NCBI RefSeq assembly: GCF_009914755.1
Contig: NC_060928.1
DNA length: 64,000 nt
Strand: one strand, 5' to 3'
Source: the human T2T-CHM13v2.0 reference genome, Homo sapiens
A program made the translations under genes and the position numbers. The notes under the pieces were generated by a model. It had not been told where the DNA came from. It searched no databases and worked only from the letters and a program-made list of their open reading frames with translations. Positions 27,685 through 45,975 of this stretch are shown here, one piece after another. Numbering within the stretch: position 1 is the stretch's first letter; each line of letters starts with the position of its first letter.

Positions 27685-29028
27685 TGTCAGGGGCATTTGA
27701 ACCAGAGCAACTCCATCTTGAATAAGGGATGGGTGAAATAAGGCTGAGACCTACTGGGCTGCATTCCCAGGTGGTTGGACATTCTTAGTCGCAAAATGAA
27801 GTAGAAGGACAGCACAAGGTACAGGTCACAAAGACCTTGCTGATAAAAGGATGTGATAAAGAACCTGGCCAAAGTCAGAATGGCGATTATTGAAAAGTCA
27901 AGAAACAACAGTTGCTGGTGAGGTTGAGGAAAAAAGGAATGCTTTTACACTGTTGGTGGGAGTGTAAATTAGTTCAACCCTTGTGGAAGACAGTGTGCCG
28001 ATTCCTCGAACACCTAGAGGCAGAAATACCCTTTGACCCGGCAATCACATTACTGGGTATATACCCAAATAAATGCAAGTCATTCTATTATAAATATACA
28101 TGCACATGTATGTTTGTTGCAGCACTATTCACTATAGCAAAGTCATGGAATCAACCCAAATGCCCATCAATGATAGACTGGATAAAGAAAATGTGGCACA
28201 TATAGACCATGGAATACTATGCAGCCATAAAAAGGAACAAGATCATGTCCTTTGCAGGGACATGGATGGAACTGGAAGCCATTATCCTCAGCAAACTAAT
28301 GCATGAACAGAAAACCAAACACTGCATGTTCTCACTTATAACTGGGAGCTGAACAATGAGAACACATAGACACATAGTGGTGAACAACACGGACTGGGGC
28401 CTGTCATGGGGGAGCATCAGGAAGAATAGCTAATAGATGCTGGGCTTAATACCTAGGTGATGGGTTGATCCGTGCAGCAAACCACCTTGGCACATATTTA
28501 CCTATGTAACAAACCTGCACACCCTGCCCATGTACCTTGGAACTGAAAATGAAAGTGAAAAAAAAAAAAAAGAAGCTGACCAAAACCCACCAACACTTAA
28601 GATGGCAATGAGAGTGACCTATGATCCTCCTCACTGCTCATTATATGCTAATTATGATGCATTAGTATGCTAAAAGACACTCCCACCAGTGCCATGACAG
28701 TTTACAAATGCCATGATGATGTCTGGAAGTTTCCCTATATAACCTAAAAAGGGGAGGAAGCCTCAGGTCTGGGAATCACCACCTTTTACCAAGAAAACTC
28801 ATGAATAATCCACCCCTTGTTTAGAATATAATCAAGAAGCTACTATAAGTATAATCAGTTGAGCAGCCCATGCCTCTGCTCTGCCTATGAAGTAGCCATT
28901 CTTTTATTCCTTTACTTTCTTAATAAACTTTCTTTCACTTTACTCTATGGACTCACTCCAAATTCTTTCATGTGCGAGGTCCAAGAACCCTCTCTTGGAC
29001 TCTGGATGGGGACCCCTTTTGGGTAATA
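27685..29028 (+). mobile_element. MER41B solo LTR (ERV1), split by L1
   Basis: TGTCAGGGGCATTTGAACCAGAGCAACTCCATCTTG ... GGGACCCCTTTTGGGTAATA. Confidence 0.9.
27874..28570 (+). mobile_element. L1PA (about L1PA10-13) 3' fragment inside MER41B
   Basis: ORF2 C-terminus (HCWWECKLVQPLWK), 3' UTR and poly-A; TSD AAAGAACCTGGCCAAA/AAAGAAGCTGACCAAA. Confidence 0.93.
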
Positions 29029-29886
29029 CAAGGATTGAGGCCACCACCAGAATCCAGGAAGAGGCAAGGAAGAATGGTTTCCACAGTCTCAGAAGAAACA
29101 TGGCCTTGCTGGTGCCTTGATTTTGAGCTTTTAATCTCCAGAACTGTGAAAAAATATATTTCTGTTGTTTTAAGCCACCCAGTTTGTGGTACTTTGTTGT
29201 TTCAGCCTCAGGACACTAATGCAGGGTCTCAAAGATGTGAGGACCTGTTGATTTCTTCTACTTATTGGTGTCAGTCCAATCACTCAAGCATCCACATGTC
29301 TTACAGTGCTGATTTCCAAAACCTCTGAGAATTACTTGACAGGGCATACTCTATTTCATTATCTAGAGTGAGTATTATGATTTGTTCTGTATAGTTTCCA
29401 AAAAAATATTTAAAATAGGATTTTTCAAAAAAGCATCATATGCGTTGTAAATAATTATTCTGAAACAGGTCTCAACGTATGTGATGATAAATTTCCAACA
29501 TATTTATTTTTCTAACATTTATTTTTACTCTCACCCAGTTGAAAAATATATCTCATGATACTTCATTTTATTTACCATGTTAAGATATAATAGTGACACC
29601 ATAGTCACCTCACTGCCTTATTTTTGGTATTTTTCTCTAAAATCATTCATCAATATTTTTTCCAAAATATTTTCTCTCTCAAGATAAAATTATGTTATTT
29701 TAGACATTCCAATAGAGTTACTAATGACAACAAATTACTTATTATTTCCAGTACTGTCAAATGGGACATGAAAAATGTGGCAAATGTCAAACTTTATTAG
29801 ATGGGTTTTTTTTAAAAAAATAATTAAAGCTACTTGCTTTTCCAAAAGAAAAAAAAATTGTGATAGTTATTTCTTCATTTGCTGTG

Positions 29887-30250
29887 TGCTATGGTTTGAA
29901 TAATGGTGTCATTTCCAAAATTCTTGAACTTAATCCCCAGCAGTATTTAAAAGGTGCAGCCTCTGGGAAGTGATTAATATGCTTAGCACCCTTATAAAAT
30001 GGCTCCAGTTTTAAGGAGTGCTCCCTAGCCTTTCCCTAGCCTTGCTCTACCAGTGAAGACACAGTTTGTCCCCTCCAGAGAAGAGCAACAAATGTATCAT
30101 CTTAGAAGTGGAGACCAGGCCCTTTCCAGACACCATTCCTGCCAGCACCTTGATCTTGAACTTCCCAGCCTCAAATGGGAAATAAATCTCTCTATTGTTT
30201 ATAAATCACATCTGTGGCATTTTATTACAGTAGCACAATTGAACTAAACA
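29887..30250 (+). mobile_element. MSTD/MLT1A-like solo LTR
   Basis: TGCTATGGTTTGAAT...GAACTAAACA with 5-bp TSD CTGTG. Confidence 0.85.
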
Positions 30251-31089
30251 CTGTGCTTTCTGCTTTCTTCCTTCGCTGAACAAAATAACTTCAGTTTTTC
30301 ATAAAACTAGCTGAAAATGGCACATAAGACCCATCGTTAATATATAAATTCTTGCCAACAAAGTGGAGAAAATTTCCTGGATATATTTATTATAATAATT
30401 ATTATCATTTTAGTTTTGACTCTAATCTTTGTTTTTGCACCCCAAGAGTAGATTATAGACCTATATCTGATAACAGGTCCTAACAGTTGAATTCATTTTT
30501 CAAGGTTTGTGGTATATTTCTTCTGTAACAGAGAGTTGAATTTAGTGGCCCAATTGGTAATGCTGCCAAAGAATATTTAAGGGGGTAGAAGAAGATAGGT
30601 GGCTATCCAGTTACATCATCAGCTTGGTGATTGTCAGTACATTTCCTTTCAAGAGTTTTGTACTCAGCAACTGAAGCATTATCGTAAGAGTCTTTTTTAG
30701 AGCGTCCCAGTCAGTAATGTTAATTATTCTCCATGGATTTGGAAGAAAGATTTAGTAATTTTTGTAAAAACAAGTATGGAAATAAATATATATTTGGAAA
30801 TAGAAGCAAGTGCCAGCAGACATTACTTTATTCCTGCACTAGGCATGTCCATCGGCAGCTACAAAAGAGAATATAAATCAGAATTTCTCCAGAGAAGGAA
30901 AGCCACAATCGTTAATGGGATAAGAAGGCTACTTCTCAAAAATGATTTAAATAACAGGGAGTTTAATATAAAAAAGCGAAGAAAAATCTAATTTCTTTAT
31001 CAGTTTTTAATAAAAACACATCCAACATGCATGCAGAAATATTAACACATCCTCTTTAGTTCAGAAGGACTTGAGTGTATTTTTAAAAG

Positions 31090-31500
31090 TATACGTATTG
31101 GGCAAATTCTCAGTTGGGAACAACAGAAGTCTTTCTGATCACTTTAAGCTGAATAACGGCTTCTCAGAATATATTAGGTCACTCATAGAGTCTTGGGAAG
31201 GGATGCAAAGATGGACTTAAAGTTTAGCTTCCAGGAACAACACGCACACCAGGCCAACGACCGATCTGATGACAAGGCTGACACTGGTGCCACTGAGTGC
31301 GTCATGCCAAGACACTGACTTTATTGCAACTGCCAGGACCATTACCACTTCTGTACTAGGAACTTGACCTGTTGCCCCTGGATTCCAAATACATTTACTG
31401 CCTCATGCCAATCAATAAAAGGCAGTGCCATCAAAACATTTTCTCCTTGCTTTCTTCATTACAAAATCCAAAGGTCACATGGACAAAATTAGTGGAGAAT
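31090..31500 (-). mobile_element. Old MLT1K/L-like LTR
   Basis: GTATTGGGCAAATTCTCAGTTGGGAACAACAGAA..CACTTTAAGCTGAA start. Confidence 0.45.
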
Positions 31501-31739
31501 ATGCTACTAACTGAAATGAGACATGAAAAAATGAGTTGTACCTTTTAGATTGAGGAAGTTTTCTTCATATAAAGTATAAATTTTTGTAAAGCTAGAAAGC
31601 CTATTTGAAAAATCATGTTCCGTCGCAAATATGATAATTATCAGTACAGATTGGATTCTAAGAATTGGTAAATATTTTACAGGATTTTTAGTCTGTAAAG
31701 TAGCCAAGGCATTCATTCATTTAATAAATAATTACTACA

Positions 31740-31880
31740 CATTTGGTTCTGTGACCTAGAGCAAGTGACTTAAACTTCTCTGAGTCTCAGTTATCTAAAT
31801 GTAAAATGGAGAAAATAATATATTTATAAATGCAAAAAACTAATATGGTAAGCACTCAATAAATTATCATTGCTATTATT
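31740..31880 (+). mobile_element. MIR
   Basis: TGTGACCTAGAGCAAGTGACTTAAACTTCTCTGAGTCTCAGTT..TGTAAAATGGAG. Confidence 0.8.
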
Positions 31881-32319
31881 AGGAAATAATAGGTCCTAGG
31901 CAAAAGTATTCCTTCTACAGAATTCCTAACAGATAGCCATCCAGTCTTTTGAGTACTTTTATTACCATGTGACTTACATCCCTATGACAGCTCATTTCAA
32001 ACTAGAGCATTTATTTTTATTTATATTACATGTAATATCATGCCATGCTATTATAATTTCCTAGTTTGGGAGCCATCAGCATAAAAAAGGCTCCATTAAA
32101 AAAATTCATCGTGTTAATTAAACAGTTTCTCATGATAGCAACATTTTAAAAGGTGGCTGGATTTCCAATACCTCCACAAAATTATTTCAATCCATGATAA
32201 TTCATCTATATTATTATATCACTAAAAATAACCCTTATCACAGGTTGGTATCTTCAACTCTAACAACATTAAAAGTATCCACAAAATAGCAATGCCATTC
32301 ATCTACACTGAGGTAAAGC

Positions 32320-32560
32320 CGTGTGGAGGTTAACAACATAGGCTCTAGAGCCAGATCACTCAGGTTGAAATCTCAGTTCTGCTGCTTTCCAGCTCTATCA
32401 CCTTAAGCTGGTTATGCAATTTTTCTGGGTCATTTGCAAAACCGAGTGAATAATAGTACCAACCTCAAAACTATTATGTGAGAATTGAACATGTCAATAT
32501 ACAAAGTGACTAGAACAGGGTCTGCCCTAGAGTGAGTACTACATGATTGTAAGCTATTAT
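32320..32560 (+). mobile_element. MIR
   Basis: GGTTAACAACATAGGCTCTAGAGCCAGA..GGTTGAAATCTCAGTTCTGC. Confidence 0.75.
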
Positions 32561-33019
32561 CAATATTACATACCAAGGTCAATTGGGAGTGCTGAGAATG
32601 CCAGTGTAAGGAGAGAATACCAGACTGCTCCTCATGTCTCTCACAGTGTCATGTGGGACAAAGACACATAAACTGATCATTATAATGCACTTCAGTAAAT
32701 ACATGTGCATGGGTGAAAAAATAAGCACCTAACCTCGCTAGGGACTAGGTGGAAGTGAAGAGTTTGGAGAAGGCTTCCTAAGAAGATGATGGGTGAACTA
32801 AGCAACAAATAGTGATTAGAGAGTGGCTAGCTATGCGGCTCCAAAGTAGAAATCAAGTTGTCTGCCAGCAGTGGTAATGAGCAAATTAGAGTAAGAGGAT
32901 TGGATAGTGGTAATAAGATAAAGCTTACCAAGAACAACTAATCATGAAGTTGTAATGATAATCTCGCCTCAGCCTCCCAAAACGTTGAGATTACAGGTGA
33001 AAGCCACCATGCCCTGCCA

Positions 33020-35240
<2,221 letters not shown>

Positions 35241-36939
35241 ACAGTAAATGACAGAGAAGAGAAATGAGGCATTTTAAGTCAAATTATACAGTAGATTTGG
35301 AAACTGTAATATGTAATATATCTGAAAGTACACAGGATATTTTAGGGAGGAAAAAATGGTTATCAAAAACTGCAGAGAAATTTCTAAAACTAAAATTTTT
35401 ACATTTATTATCTGTGTAATGAAGTGCTCTTTTCCCGGACATACCCTTTTCTTTCTATTTCCTCATTGAAAAGATCTAAATGTCATCGTTTCTAGGAAGG
35501 TTTCCTGACTGCTCCCTGGCCCAGCTTCAATAACAGCAGAGTTAACTGTTTTCACTTTTGTATGCTCTCACACTCTAGGACTTACTGTTTCATGTAGGCA
35601 CTAAGCCACTTCAAGCACTTCCTATGCACAGGTTTAGTTGAGGGTATATAAGAAAATTTTATAACCCATCACTGAAAAATTTAGTCTAGAGGGAAGATTA
35701 ACTTATCATACAATTAATTTGATTAGTGATCTGATGTGAAACAGCAAGAAGGTGAAGAACCTCCCTTCTACTCTGAATTTGGGAAGAAGAATAAAATCTG
35801 CCTAATGGAGGTTTCATCAGAGCAATTTCAAAGGATGTTAGAATGAGTTTAATGATGAATTATGATAAAGAGCATTTTAGAGAGTTGAAAGACAATGTGT
35901 GAAGTCAAGGACACTAGTAGAAAAATGAAGACTTTGGCCATCTCATTATACATATTTTTACAATGTATTTTACTCACAGGATGACGTGTCTGTTACATGC
36001 CTTGGCTATGAGATTTTTGCCATTCACATTTATTTATTTATTTCATCCCAGTACTCAGCCTAGTGCTCTCTGGTGCTCAATCAATCTCGTTTGAATGAAT
36101 AAATCAATAGCAAGAGTAATATTGCAAAAGTGATTCAAGATGAGACATGCCAATATAATAAAAGGGAATAATTTGATTTAGCTTTTATAGTATTATGCAC
36201 AAAGTAGGCATTTTTAAATCTTCTTAAGTGGAGACAGTTCTATGTAGAGGAAAAAACAGACTTGCAAGAAATGTGATTGTCTAAGTCAGATGTGATGAAC
36301 TATGATGAAAAAGAAATTTTTCCAGTAACAAAACTGTATTTCTCTTTGCTGGACTTTCTAATAAAGTAACTTTAGCACTCAAAAAAGTCATCCAAAGATT
36401 AATCACTGGATGACAGATGCACGTTGAACATGAGAGTAGTGATATATTCAAGGAGTTTTTATTTATAGTTAAACTGAAATAGGTCTGAAAAAGATCTTTT
36501 CAAAACTGGATTGTTTATAAACAATTATCAGAGATCAAATACAGTGAAACTCATAGCTAGCTAGTCACAGAAGACAAGCAAGGTTTATATTTTACAACAC
36601 CTTATAGTCTATTTCTAATGAGAGCAAAAGTTTTATTAATTGCTTTGGGACAGATATTTTTGGACAATTCTAGAGACACATATAACAATAATAACTCCAT
36701 TTGAAAAAATATTTCACTGAGTAAAGTAAAATTACCTACCAAGTTGTAATCTGTAAAATAAAAGCAGTAAATTAGTAATATTATCATTAGTACTAAAGAG
36801 AAAAAGGTTTTCATTAATCATTGAGTATGAACCCCTCAAAGTGGAAATGTAATTCCACACTCATATCTACCAACAGGTGACAGCAGAATAATCATTCTAT
36901 AATAAAAGAACACTACCTACTGTTACAAGTTGTAAACTT

Positions 36940-37242
<303 letters not shown>

Positions 37243-37725
37243 AAAATTATAAATTTGGACTAGAAGTCCTAACCAAAGCAGTTAGGCCAGAAAAAGAAAT
37301 AAAAGGCATTCAAATTGGAAAGAAAGAAGTAAAACTGATGTCTGCAAATGACATTTTCTTATATGTAGAAAGTTCTAAAGATTGCACACACACACACACA
37401 CACACACACACCAACACACAGCTGTTAGAACTAATAGACAAGTGTAGTAAAATTGCACAATGCAAAGTTAACATACAAAATCCACTTGTATTTCTACACA
37501 CTAACAAAGGATAATGCAAAGGGCATTCATGTTAAAAATTCTCAGTAAACTGGGTATTGAAGGAACATATCTTAAAATAACAGTCATATATGACAAACCC
37601 ATTGCCAACAACATACTGAATGGGCAAACTATGGGAGCATTCCCCTTGAAAACCAGCACAAGACAAAGATGCCCTCTCTCACCATTCCTATTCAATATAG
37701 TATTAGAAGTTCTGGCCGGGGCAGT

Positions 37726-38781
37726 CCCCCATTGTTGTAACTCATTTCAGCATTAAGTCAAAAGTCCACAGTCCGAAGTCTCATCCGAGACAAGGCAAGT
37801 CCCTTCCACCTATCAGCCTGTAAAATCAAAAGCAAGCTAGTTACTTCTTAGTTACAACGGGAATACAGCATTGGCTAAATATGCCCATTCCAAATGGGAG
37901 AAATTGGCCAAAACAAATGGGCTACAGGCCCCTTGCAAGTCCAAAATCCAACAGGGCAGTCAAATCTTAAGGCTCCAAAATGATCTCCTTTGACTCCAGG
38001 TCTCACATCCAGGTCAAGCTGATGCAAGAAGTAGGTTCCCATGGTCATGGGCAGCTCTGCCCCTATGGCTTTTCAGGGTACAGCCTTCCTCCCTGCTGCT
38101 TTCACGGGCTGGCATTGAGTGTCTGCAGCTTTTCCAGGCACACAGTGTAAGCTGTCAGTGGATCTACCATTCTGGGGTCTGAAAGATGGTGGCCTTCTTC
38201 TCACAGCTCCCCTAGGCAGTGCCCCAGTAGAAACTCTTTATGGGGGCTCCAACTCCACATTTCCCCTCTGAACTGCCCTAGTAGAGGTTCTCTATGATGG
38301 TTCTGCCCCTGCAGCAGACTTCTGCCTGGACATGCAGGCATTTCCATATATCCTCTGAAATCTGGGTAGAGGTTCCCAAACCTCAGTTATTGTTTTCTGT
38401 GCAACTGCAGGCCTGAAACCACATGAAAGCCACCAAGGCTTGGGGCTAGCACCCTGTGAAGCCATGGCCCAAGCTGTACCTTGGCCTCTTTTAGCCATGA
38501 CTGGAGCTGGAGCAGCTGGGACTCAGGGCACTGTGTCCAGAGGCTGGAGAGAGAATTTGTGCACTCGGCCTGGCCCACAAAACCATTTTTCCCTTCTCGG
38601 CCTCTGGACCTGTTATAGGAGGGTCTTCCATACAGGTCTCTGAAATGCCTTGGAAACATTTTCCCCATTGTCTTGGCTATTAACATTGGGCTCCTCTTTA
38701 TTTATGCAAATTTCTGCAGCAGTCTTGAATTTGTCCCTAGAAAATAGGTTTTTCTTTTCTACCACATGGCTGGGCTACATA

Positions 38782-38785
<4 letters not shown>
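37726..38785 (-). mobile_element. THE1/MST internal region fragment, no LTR
   Basis: AACTCATTTCAGCATTAA..AAAGTCCACAGTCC..GAGACAAGGCAAGTCCCTTCCACCTAT is MaLR-int sequence. Confidence 0.92.
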
Positions 38786-39678
<893 letters not shown>

Positions 39679-42337
39679 TAAAGACAGAAATGCCATTTGA
39701 CCCAGCAATCCCATTACTGGGTATATACCCAAAGGAATGTAAATCATTCTATTATAAAGACACATGCACATATGTGTTCATTGCAGCACTACTTGCAGTA
39801 GCAAAAATATGCGATCAACCTAAATGCCCATCATTGATAGACTGGATAAAGAAACTGTGTACATATACATCATGGAATCTATGCAGACCCAAAAAAGAAA
39901 GATTATGCCCTTTCTAGGGACATGGATGGGGCTGGAGGCCGTTGTCCTTAGCAAACTAACACAGAAACAGAAAACCAAACACCACGCTTACAAGTAGGAG
40001 CTAAATGATGAGAATACATGGATACATAGATTGGAACAACACACTGGGGCCTATTGAAGGGTAGAGGGTGGAAGGAGGGATAGGATCAGGGAAAATAACT
40101 AATTGGTACCAGACTTAATATCTGGGTGATGAAATATGCTGTACAACAAACCTCTATGAAGCAAGTTTACCTATGTAACAAACCTGCACATGTACTCCTG
40201 AACTTAAAAGTAAAAAAAAAAAAACAAAAACCCATTTATAATAGCACAAATAAGAATAAAAGACTTAGAAATAAACTTAACCAAGAAGGTGAAAGTTCAT
40301 GGATTGAAAAACTTTATATTGCTTAAATAACCGTTCTACCCAAAGCAATCTACAAAGTGAATGCAATCTCTATCAAATTTTTAAGGCATTTTTTTTGCAT
40401 AAATAGAAAAAAATCATCTTAAAGCTGATATGAAATCTCAAATGACCTCAAATAGGCAAAACAATCTTGAGAAAGATAAAGTTGAAAGCCTTAGGCTTCC
40501 TGATTTTAAAAAATATTACAAAGCTAGAGTAATTTAGACAGTGTGATAATAGCATAAAGGCAAACATGTAGCTTAATTGAGCAGAATAGAGAGCTCAGAA
40601 GTAAAACTTCATATGTATGGTCAGATGATGTTCAATAAGGGTGCCAAGTCTTCATAATTGAGACAGTGTCATCTCTTCAACAAATGGTGTTGGGAAAACT
40701 GAATATCCACATGCAAAAGAATAAAGTTAAACCCTTACCTTATATCGTATGCAATAATTAACTCAAAATAGACTAAAGAATTAAATGTAAGACCTGAAAT
40801 GATAACAGTCTTAGAAGAAAACAAGGGAAAAGAAAGCTTCATGACACTGCATTTGGCAATGTTTTCTTAAATATAACACCAGAATCACAGGCAACAAAAG
40901 GAAAAATAATCAAGTGGTACTACGTCAAACTTAAGAACTGCTGTACAGAAAATGAAAAAATCAACAGAGTGAAAAATGAAACCTACAAATTGGGAAAAAT
41001 TTTTCAAACTGCATATCTGATAAGCAGTTAATATACAGTGTATATAAAAAATTACAACTTTACAAATAACCGAATTAAAAATGGGCAACAGATTTGAATG
41101 GACATTACTCTAAAGATATACAAATGACCACCAGCATCATGAAAAGATACTCAACATTACTACCCATCAGGGAATTGGAAATTAAAACTACAATGAGATA
41201 TCACCTCACACCCACTAGGGTAACTACTATTATCCAAAAAACAAAACAAAACAAATAACGAGAAATGGACAGGATGTGGAGAAATTAAAACCTTTGTGCC
41301 CTATTGATGGGAGGGTAAAGTGGTGCGACCTCCATGGAAAATAATATGAAGATTCCTCAAAAAGTTAAAATCTAATTACCATATGGTCAAGCCATCCTAC
41401 TTAGGGGTATATATCTAAAATAAATGAAACAGGATCTCAAAGAGATATTTGCATGACCACGATCACTGCAGCATTATTCACAATAGCTAAGAGTAAGAAA
41501 CAACCTATATGTCCATTGACAGATGAATGGATGAAGAAAATGTGGTATATACATACAGTGAAATATTGCCATATACCGTAACATTGATGAACTTTAAGGA
41601 CATTATGCTAAGTGAAATAATCCAGTCACAAAGAGACTCATTGCATGATTCTACTTTATAAGTGGATGTAATATGGTGATATCTAAAGTAGGAAAAATCT
41701 TAGAAGCAGAAAGTTGAATGGTTGTTGCCAGAGGCAGAGAGGAAGTATAAAAGCAGAGTTGTTCAATGGGTATAGTGTTTCAGTCATGCAAGATGAAAAG
41801 TTCCAGAGAGCTATTGCACAAAATTGTTCATATGGTTAACACTACTGTATTGTACACTTAAAAATAGTTAAGATAGTAAATTGTATGTTTTTACCACCAT
41901 AGAAAAAAGCTCTGAACTTGCCTTTTGGAATAAAAATGTGAAATTCTATATGAAATGCCTTTACTATAGTAAGAAACACAAAATAACTCCTCTGAATTAT
42001 TTTACCTCTGCCTGCTTTTCAAGTATACAGTATTTCCTGAGATATTATTGAAGGTCAATGGGAAAGAATAATACAGAGAAAAATAAAGTTTGTCTTGCTT
42101 CAAAACTGTGGAGTGAAGATTAATTAGAAAAAAAATCAAAGGGTCATAGAAGAAATACATATGTTATGGAATATTTTTTCAGTTCTCTGGAGCCCAGCTA
42201 AAAATTTATTTCTTCTAGGACATGCCAGGAGAACAAAAAGAAAATAATTGAAATGGAAACAATCAAATAGATCCTATAGGGACTGAGATTTATATTTAAT
42301 GATGTTAACTCTTGGTCTCTTTCTTATCTAAAAGCAT

Positions 42338-42883
42338 TGTAGGGAGGTCAAAGGATTTTGCAGCTGATCAAGGAAAAAGAGATGACCACAAGATAGAACT
42401 AGCCCTCAAAGACCTTTATTTGGGTCAGACATTTACAGGTTTGCATGTGGGGAAAGTCCCTCATAGAATGAGAGGGTCCAGAGGTCCCCATTCAGAAGCA
42501 GAAGAAGGAAGGTCCTCCTGGGGCAGATGGGGCATGGGCAATGGGGATTCATGTGCAAATGATGTCACTCAGCAGCAAGATGGGGAATCTCTGGATCAGG
42601 GATCTCCAAAGGGCAGCAGCAGCCTGGGGTCATTCATAGCTCTGGGGTTAATCATCTTGTCTATGGCCAGCAGACAATGAGAGCAGTTTTGTGGGGTCCA
42701 CAAAGCATTGGGCTCTAAATGGCTAAAATTCTATCTATCGGGCTACATTTAAAGCAACTGGATACATAAAAATTTGAATTTGGCACCCATGATGTTTTGA
42801 GCAAATGGGTTCCAGCTTGCTATGAAGAAGTAAACAATTTAGGGCAACATAAAAGGGGGGAATCCTTACTCCATTTATGTAAC
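42338..42883 (-). mobile_element. Old LTR (ERVL-class, LTR40/41-like)
   Basis: TG...CA-bounded GC-richer block with TTTATT near its start. Family uncertain. Confidence 0.45.
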
Positions 42884-42967
42884 AAATATGTCACAAAGCC
42901 TACTTGCTTAACAATAGAGAACAGGAATAGGCATCTATTTAAGGAATTTGGCGTCTTAGGAAAATAA

Positions 42968-43316
<349 letters not shown>

Positions 43317-45654
43317 TCTCCCAAGTGTTTTTAAATGAAGCAATGTTATTTTCAAAGGAAGCAAATGTGTTATTTAGTTGTCTTTGGAAAACTCAAATAT
43401 ATTTTTTGTGACATAAAAAATGTTTCGTGCTTATGAAGATGTGTCTAGTTTATCTTCATGGTCTCTAAGTTTGTTTTATTTGCTTGATTGTACTGAAGTA
43501 AAATATTTCTTGTCATTTTGAGACTTTTGAAAAATGTTTAGAAGACAGATATGGAGACTGTGGAAATGGGTCAACTTACTATTAATTTTGAAAATTTGGT
43601 TTTAACTGGAAAAACTATTCTTCAATTACAACAGTCTTTAATGGTTCTTTAATAAGACTATTTGTAAATAAAATTACTTTGTCATGAAATCAAAACATTT
43701 CTAGTTTTTCATGTGTAATTTAATACATATGCAAATATATTCTTAAAGACCAACTCAATAAACTTTAAAATCTTTTTTTAATGTAATGGGATAATTTTCA
43801 TTAAGTAATGTATAACATTTATCACTTATTTTATTTTTTCTGTTTTCTGAATGCAGCCCAAGTTGATTAATTTCAAACTATAAAAACGTATTTGTTTGTG
43901 AATACTTAAGACATTTATCATATGATGCCATTTAAGAACCATATTAAAATATCATAATGTCTTTTTAGTAATAATGATATCATAATATCTGGGCTATGCA
44001 TCAGAATGCAGAGGAAGCCATTAGGTTATATCCTGTAACCAATAATATTATGGTTTCAAAAATACGGGAAAAGGAACCCTATTGCCTTTACATAAGCACA
44101 GACATAGATTGGAAACAAATAAGAGGAAGAATTTCAAGTTTAAATTTAAGAGAATCTCATATGTAGATAAACTAGACTGGATGATCCTATCTGATGATAT
44201 TCCTTGGGTCCTTCTAGATTCATGTTTTGCACATCCTGTCATTTCTAATAAGTATTTAGAGCACTGAATCACAGAGACAGCTGAAATTAGAGAATGCTGA
44301 AACCTTAAGCAAAAGTGGTTAACCCCAATCAAGTCTCAGTAATTAATATCAGTAGTTGGCAGCTGAGCCTGGATGTCATCATATATTATAGATGATGAGG
44401 CTACCGTGAATTAAACCTTGTGGCTGATGAGAACACTTTCCCCTTGGTTAGAAAACATATTTCATACCTTATTTTACAACCAGGTGTGTAGTTTTCACCA
44501 CTACAGCAATTGGGCCACAGTATAGATTCATAAAATAAGTGTAAATGTGGATTTGAGTAGTTGGCAATTTAAACTCTAGCCATTCCAAAGTGAAATTCCA
44601 GGCCTAATTGAGCTCCAGTGGTTGTCAGCAGCTTATATGATCAAGTTTTTACAAACTCTCTTCTGGCTAATTGTGCTATCTTTGGTCTGTCTCCTCACAG
44701 GGATTCTGTGTGTGCATACTCCCAGTCTCACAGCTCTGTTCATGTCTTGGCAGCCTTCAGCTTCAAACTGAAGACTGTGGGAGGTTATGTATTCTGATAC
44801 TAGGCTTCTTATTTGGGAAACCTTTATAAATTAATTGTGAAACTACTTTGGATGTTACGTTATTGGTATGAACTTAAGCAACACTGAGGACCTTAAGGTA
44901 CATATTGAAACCCTGAGTTCTGTGAATCACCGAATATGACTGATTTTCATAGTTTCAGTACGGACCACCTTACTACATTTTTTATTTCATTTTTGTAAAC
45001 TAAGACAGGACAGCAAAATATGAGCACAAATTGGGTTAGCCACATAACTTACATTTCCTGTTATCTTCTTTGACTCTTTCTTTACAATGACTTTTTTGCT
45101 GTGTTGTTGGTAGTTTTATCATTTTTTCCAAAAGCTTTATCTGTACTCTGGACAAGGTATATCAGTTGTAAAAATTAAACATTTATTCAACTATGAAGCC
45201 AGTCAGTCTATGGACGCCCTTTAGGCAGGCACTTCGTTTGCATTTAAAGTGTAATTAGAGAGAAATATGTTGAATTTTAAAGCAAGTATATGAAAAGCTT
45301 TTCAAGGTTTTTCAAATCTGGATAATATAATCCAGGAATTGCATTTAAAATATTTGTTTTATAGGAGAAAGGATGAAATTCTAGCTTTGACTGCACAAGG
45401 AACTCAGGATAATTAGGGAGAGAGAGCTTGCTCACAGTTATCAGAGGCATACAACTCCCTCACTGGTCTGATCTCTGCTGCTCCCAGCTCAGACTCATAT
45501 CCCTCCTTACCCTCCAAGCTACTCCAAATAAGTAGCAGATCAGGGACAGCAAAGCATAAGTTATATAGACATGCTTCTACAAGAGGCTGCTTCCCCCTGA
45601 CCCAAACACTCAGGGCCCACAAGAAAATGTGGGGTTTTTAAGATCAAATTAGAA

Positions 45655-45975
45655 GGAAGCCATTATCCTCAGCAAACTAATGCAGGAACAGAAAAACAAG
45701 GACCTCATGTTCTCACTTATAAGTGGCAGCTGAACAATGAGAACACATGGAGACATGGTGGGGAACAACACACACTGGGGCCTGAGATGGGGAGGTAGAG
45801 GGAGGGAGAGCATCAGGGAGAAGAGCTAATGGATGTTGGGCTTAATACCTAGGTGATGGGTTGACCTGTGTAGCAAACCACCATGGCATCTGTTTACCTA
45901 TGTAACAAACCTGCACATCCTGCACATGTACCTGGGAACTTAAAATAAAAATGGAAGAAAAATGAAAAATAATAA
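45655..45975 (+). mobile_element. L1PA (about L1PA10-13) 3' end
   Basis: GAAGCCATTATCCTCAGCAAACTAATGCAGGAACAG...ACTTAAAATAAAA. Confidence 0.92.

Larger units (their letters stand above)
27433..29223 (+). mobile_element. MLT1B/C LTR split by MER41B
   Basis: 5' part 27433-27684 (TTATGAATTGAATTGTGCCCC) and 3' part 29029-29223 (TTTAAGCCACCCAGTTTGTGGTACTTTGTT..CTAATGCA). Confidence 0.85.
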
